Source: an uncultured Campylobacteraceae bacterium
GTDB lineage: Bacteria; Campylobacterota; Campylobacteria; Campylobacterales; Campylobacteraceae
NCBI GenBank assembly: GCA_964646025.1
Contig: CAZYDK010000001.1
Span: 1 to 32,606 of the forward strand
Length of the DNA stretch: 32,606 nucleotides
Reading direction: 5' to 3'
Both the position numbers and the translations under genes were made by a program. How positions within the stretch are numbered: the stretch's first letter is position 1; each line of letters begins with the position of its first letter. Of the stretch, positions 28,959 through 32,606 are shown in pieces. The notes beneath the pieces were generated by a model that was not told the DNA's origin, did no database searches, and saw only the letters and a list, made by a program, of their open reading frames with translations.

Positions 28959-29096
28959 AAATTTCGTTTGTTTGGGCTTTTTAACTAAGTGTTGATTTGG
29001 CATTATAAAAGCAACCAAACAAACGAAATTTACACCAAAACTTATAGCTACCCACTCAAGATAAATCACCCCAACCCTACTAAACAAACGAAATTT
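28959..29096. repeat. Three 15-bp motif copies
   Basis: 28959(-), 29017(+), 29082(+). Confidence 0.9.
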
Positions 29097-29187
29097 ATGA
29101 TAGATAAATCAAAAGCTGTATTTATATAAATCTAACACCAACAAAAATCATTTACTTTTTGTTAATTTATAAACTTTTCTTAATATA

Positions 29188-29202
29188 GGGGGGGGGTAAA
29201 AT
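29188..29202 (+). promoter_or_regulatory. G9 tract abutting -10 box
   Basis: G9 29188-29196, TAAAAT 29197-29202. Confidence 0.7.
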
Positions 29203-29275
29203 GCAATCTTTATTTTGCCTGTAAGCTACTTTTTTCATACCTTTCATCGCTTATGGGCTAATTTAAGGAGCATTT

Positions 29276-31543
29276 ATGAGAAAATACATTTTACCACTTA
29301 TGATAGGAGTGGTTTTAAGCGGTTGTCTAGCACCAAGTGTGCCTGTTGATGAGATAGAGCTAGATGAGTGCAAGAAAAAAGACGCATACTCATGCGTAAA
29401 CATAGCCAAACAGATACAAGCCCAATACGACACCATAGAAAAAAGTGGTGATGAAAAGGCTAAGAAAAAGTTAGGCTCTATACAAAAAGACATTTTAAAA
29501 TACTACGACCTTGCTTGTGAGTATGGTGATTTTGACACTTGTAGTGCTTTGGCTAGTATGCATTCTAGCAAGGCTTTAGAGCTTGATAAAAGCGATGAAA
29601 AACAAGCAGCTAAAGAAGCCAAAGCAGCATATATATATATGAGAAAAGTTTGTGATGTTGATAGTGCCAAATGTCTGCTAGACCCTAAAAATTTCTTTGC
29701 TAAAAACGATGAAAAGCTTGCAAACATAGTATGGTTAGCACTAAAAGATGAAAAACCAGAAAAACTACTCAATCTAAATAAAAGCGTAAAATATATGAAT
29801 GATGTAGATGATACCATATATCATCTAGCTCAAGCTTGTTTTATCAACAAAGATAAGGATTGTAAAAGTCTAGCGAAGAAAGTTGGTGATATTGAATTAA
29901 AGCCGAATAAAGATTCTAAATATGCTCACAGAGTTATGTTTGCTAGAAAATGTGAAATTGATAGTTATTCAGCGGAGGCTTGTGTGTTTGAGTATGTTAG
30001 TCGTGGATACTGGCTTTCTCTTATACTTGCTAAGGATGCTTCTGGTATACTACTAAGCAAAGATGAGCTTGTTGAATTTGTTAAAGCTACTCCGTATTTT
30101 AAAAGTGTGCTTGATAGACACTATCCAAACAAAGACAACAACGGCGGTAGCTACTTCAAGCCCAATGCTGATAACACTTGCTTGGATATAGGTGAAACTG
30201 ATTATTTGCTTTATTATGATGGTAATTCTCATCGTCTTAGAAATGAAGAGAAAAAGGAGCTTTCAAGGCTACGAACGCAGTTTAAGGATGATTATGTTAA
30301 AGAGATGGAAAAGCTACATCCAAATAAATTTAGCGATGGTTATATAGACTGCTCTGTCAATACAATAAAGATGCTTAGTAAGACTAGAGTAAGTTCTGGT
30401 AAATTTGATATAAATAGGATATTTGCTGGTGCTATCAAAGAAAGATTTGATACCTTGCTTGATAAGTGTATAGATAAAAATGATAAAAAATCATGCGAGC
30501 TTATAGTTAGTGATTATAATAAAATAAAGGTGATAAGTTATGAAGAAGCTAGCGATGTATATACAGTGCGTAGATATATGGAGTATTTTATAAATACTTA
30601 TTATAAAGCTATGCAAGGTAAAAGTATAGACGCCTCATCATCACCATATGGTGACACTAAAAAAAAGATAGCAAATGCAACGGCTAAAAAATTTCCAAAT
30701 CAATTAAAATTTCCTGATGCTAAAAAATATGGTGGGTTATTTTTAGATACTGAATATTCTGCTAGTATTATTTGGTGGAATTATAATTATAATGAAGATA
30801 AGGTTAGTGGATTGTATAAAATCGCAAGCGATTGGGGTGGTGTAGATTTTGCAAACCAAAAATTGATGGAACTACTCAATAATGATATAAACGCAGTTGT
30901 TGATGAATTTAAAAAAGCGATGTTAAGCGATGGAACTATTGGTGATAGAGTGAAAAAGATTAAAGGTATTATGTATGAAGTAGGGTCTGATTATGATTTG
31001 TTTGGTATTTATAACAATGAGAAATTTGAGGCTTTAAAAAGTGAAGTAGCGTATGATGTGATGTTTTACTATCTAGCTCCAGAAACAATAGATATTATCA
31101 AGAAAAAATTTAGTGATGGCGATGTTAAAAAAGCATTTTTAAGCTTGATTGAAAAACAAGTGCAAATATCAAAAGAAAAAATCATCAAATACATAGAAAA
31201 ACAAAGAAGTATAGAAGAAGCAAAAAGAATAAAAAAAGAAAAGGAGTGGGAAAGAAAAATAGCAAAGCAAGAAAAAGAAAGAAAAGAAGCTATTGAAAGA
31301 TGTAAAAGGTCACCACAATGTATGGCACAGCTAAGAGCAAAAGCTCAAGAACTCCGTAAGCAAAGTAGAAAATACTATATGATGGCAACCAATGCTAGAA
31401 CCAACAAAGAGTATAAAGAATACAAAGAGCAAGCCGACATAGCTTGTGGTAGAGCGATACAAATAGAGGAGACTGGTGAAGACCCTGGATATTTTGGAGG
31501 TATGTTTATTGGTGCATTTTTGGGAGTTGAGCATTGTCTATGA
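29276..31543 (+). CDS. Large Cys-rich lipoprotein with N-terminal Sel1-like repeats and C-terminal coiled coil; function unknown
   Basis: Lipobox LSGC; YYDLACEYGDFDTC; K/E-rich coiled coil; Gly-rich hydrophobic tail; RBS AAGGAG. Confidence 0.75.
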   Translation: MRKYILPLMIGVVLSGCLAPSVPVDEIELDECKKKDAYSCVNIAKQIQAQYDTIEKSGDEKAKKKLGSIQKDILKYYDLACEYGDFDTCSALASMHSSKALELDKSDEKQAAKEAKAAYIYMRKVCDVDSAKCLLDPKNFFAKNDEKLANIVWLALKDEKPEKLLNLNKSVKYMNDVDDTIYHLAQACFINKDKDCKSLAKKVGDIELKPNKDSKYAHRVMFARKCEIDSYSAEACVFEYVSRGYWLSLILAKDASGILLSKDELVEFVKATPYFKSVLDRHYPNKDNNGGSYFKPNADNTCLDIGETDYLLYYDGNSHRLRNEEKKELSRLRTQFKDDYVKEMEKLHPNKFSDGYIDCSVNTIKMLSKTRVSSGKFDINRIFAGAIKERFDTLLDKCIDKNDKKSCELIVSDYNKIKVISYEEASDVYTVRRYMEYFINTYYKAMQGKSIDASSSPYGDTKKKIANATAKKFPNQLKFPDAKKYGGLFLDTEYSASIIWWNYNYNEDKVSGLYKIASDWGGVDFANQKLMELLNNDINAVVDEFKKAMLSDGTIGDRVKKIKGIMYEVGSDYDLFGIYNNEKFEALKSEVAYDVMFYYLAPETIDIIKKKFSDGDVKKAFLSLIEKQVQISKEKIIKYIEKQRSIEEAKRIKKEKEWERKIAKQEKERKEAIERCKRSPQCMAQLRAKAQELRKQSRKYYMMATNARTNKEYKEYKEQADIACGRAIQIEETGEDPGYFGGMFIGAFLGVEHCL

Positions 31544-32139
31544 TAAAAGAAAATGATAACATAGACCTATTAGATGTGATTTATCAAAAAATCACATCTG
31601 ATGGTTTATATGTGTATAACAAAACTGATTTGTATGATTATTTGATTTATCTGCTTGATAAAGAAAAAGATTTGCTTAGCAAGTCAAATGCCGAGCTATC
31701 AAGAATACTAAAGATTAGCCCTAGTAAAGTAAGTGCTTTACGGGCTAATATAAGTGTGAAATTTATGGAGCCAAAAGAGTATGAAATGCTTTTTGATAAG
31801 TTTATATCTTCGTTAAATAGCACTATATCTATAAAGCAAGATGAAAAATACTATATCTTTACCATTGAAGATGCAGCTATTAGAAACTACATAGAAGCTT
31901 GTCTTAAAGAGATTTGTAAAAATACGGCTGATTATACACTCAACAAAGAAAAAATTAAAATTTTAAAAGATGATTTTTTTAAGCTGTTAAAAGGTAAAAA
32001 ATCGGGCGATAAGATTGAAGAAATAATCAAAAAGCTACAAAACGATAAACTTAAGGATAATTTTTTGAAGTTTATTGATGAGTTGGTTGAGCTTTTTCCA
32101 CCTGCTAAAGTGGCAGTAAATACCATAAAAAGGATATAA
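31540..32139 (+). CDS. Hypothetical cytoplasmic protein with HTH-like segment
   Basis: ATGA overlap with the upstream stop; SNAELSRILKISPSKVSALR. Confidence 0.65.
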   Translation: MIKENDNIDLLDVIYQKITSDGLYVYNKTDLYDYLIYLLDKEKDLLSKSNAELSRILKISPSKVSALRANISVKFMEPKEYEMLFDKFISSLNSTISIKQDEKYYIFTIEDAAIRNYIEACLKEICKNTADYTLNKEKIKILKDDFFKLLKGKKSGDKIEEIIKKLQNDKLKDNFLKFIDELVELFPPAKVAVNTIKRI

Positions 32140-32140
32140 A

Positions 32141-32605
32141 ATGAAAAAAACATTGTGTTTATTGGCTTTGTCTTTTGTGAGTTTGAGTGCGTATAGTTTG
32201 TCATTAGAAACCAAGTGTGAGCAATACAACAACTATGAAGCTTGTGTTGATTTAGGTTATGATTATCTTAGTGAGATGGATAGAAGTGGCGGATATGAGC
32301 TTTTTAAAAAAGCTTGTGATGGTGGATATGCAAAAGGTTGTTTGGCTATGGGAGGTATGTGGGAAAATGACTGGAGCGGAAGCAAAGATAGCGTTAAAAA
32401 CGCTGTTAAATTCTACACATTAGCAGGTGACAAGGGCGAGTGTTTAGGATATAGCAGGGTTGGTGATATATATGCTGGAGATAGTGAATTATCGGTATAT
32501 GTAAAGCCAAATCATAACAAAGCTAAACAATTTTATCAAAAAGCCAAAAATTGTTATAAGAAAGCTTGTAGTAATGGAGATAAACAAAGCTGTCAAATGC
32601 TTTGA
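32141..32605 (+). CDS. Secreted Sel1-repeat protein (truncated by window end)
   Basis: Signal peptide; FKKACDGGYAKGC, YKKACSNGDKQSC; no stop in the window. Confidence 0.8.
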   Translation: MKKTLCLLALSFVSLSAYSLSLETKCEQYNNYEACVDLGYDYLSEMDRSGGYELFKKACDGGYAKGCLAMGGMWENDWSGSKDSVKNAVKFYTLAGDKGECLGYSRVGDIYAGDSELSVYVKPNHNKAKQFYQKAKNCYKKACSNGDKQSCQML

Positions 32606-32606
32606 G

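Noticed and set aside
28860-29087. 75-aa minus-strand ORF
   Set aside because: Runs through the repeat array with no RBS; probably a chance ORF.
71-29096. 15-bp repeat as a CRISPR array
   Set aside because: Too short, mixed orientations, irregular spacing, no cas genes in the window.
31541-31546. TGA at the end of the 755-aa gene as selenocysteine
   Set aside because: Immediately followed by in-frame TAA, no SECIS, and explained by the ATGA overlap.
2437-32232. Shadow ORFs (e.g. 2437-2895, 6972-7559, 14752-15312, 22790-23146, 23711-24034, 27754-27948, 29503-29817)
   Set aside because: They overlap well-supported genes antisense or out of frame and have no recognisable motifs.

Overview
AT-rich epsilonproteobacterial (Campylobacter-like) chromosomal window, mostly housekeeping genes: moaE-moaD behind a membrane GGDEF/EAL gene; nspC-fdhC-modE-like-yedF-selD-antiporter-DUF2393; nhaA; prfA-rpsT; glmM-lspA-hemJ-murI-map; ybgC, lgt, frdCAB; fdhT/fdhU. 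Cys-rich Sel1/TPR-like accessory genes are interspersed. Highlights the ORF track does not show: (1) a 15-bp motif AAACAAACGAAATTT with 24 exact and about 5 near-exact copies (manual count), on both strands, as singles, inverted pairs and longer mosaic arrays; it brackets accessory genes, occurs once inside a gene, and ends in a RAATTY site (candidate DNA-uptake signal or intergenic mosaic element); (2) four G9-TAAAAT promoter cassettes, each in front of a lipobox-containing lipoprotein gene (candidate promoter phase variation); (3) selD is a selenoprotein starting at 7608 with in-frame UGA and a SECIS-like hairpin; (4) the fdh locus lacks fdhA/B/D; (5) an unannotated 32-aa Phe-rich ORF upstream of nhaA. 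All calls come from reading the sequence; no searches were run.
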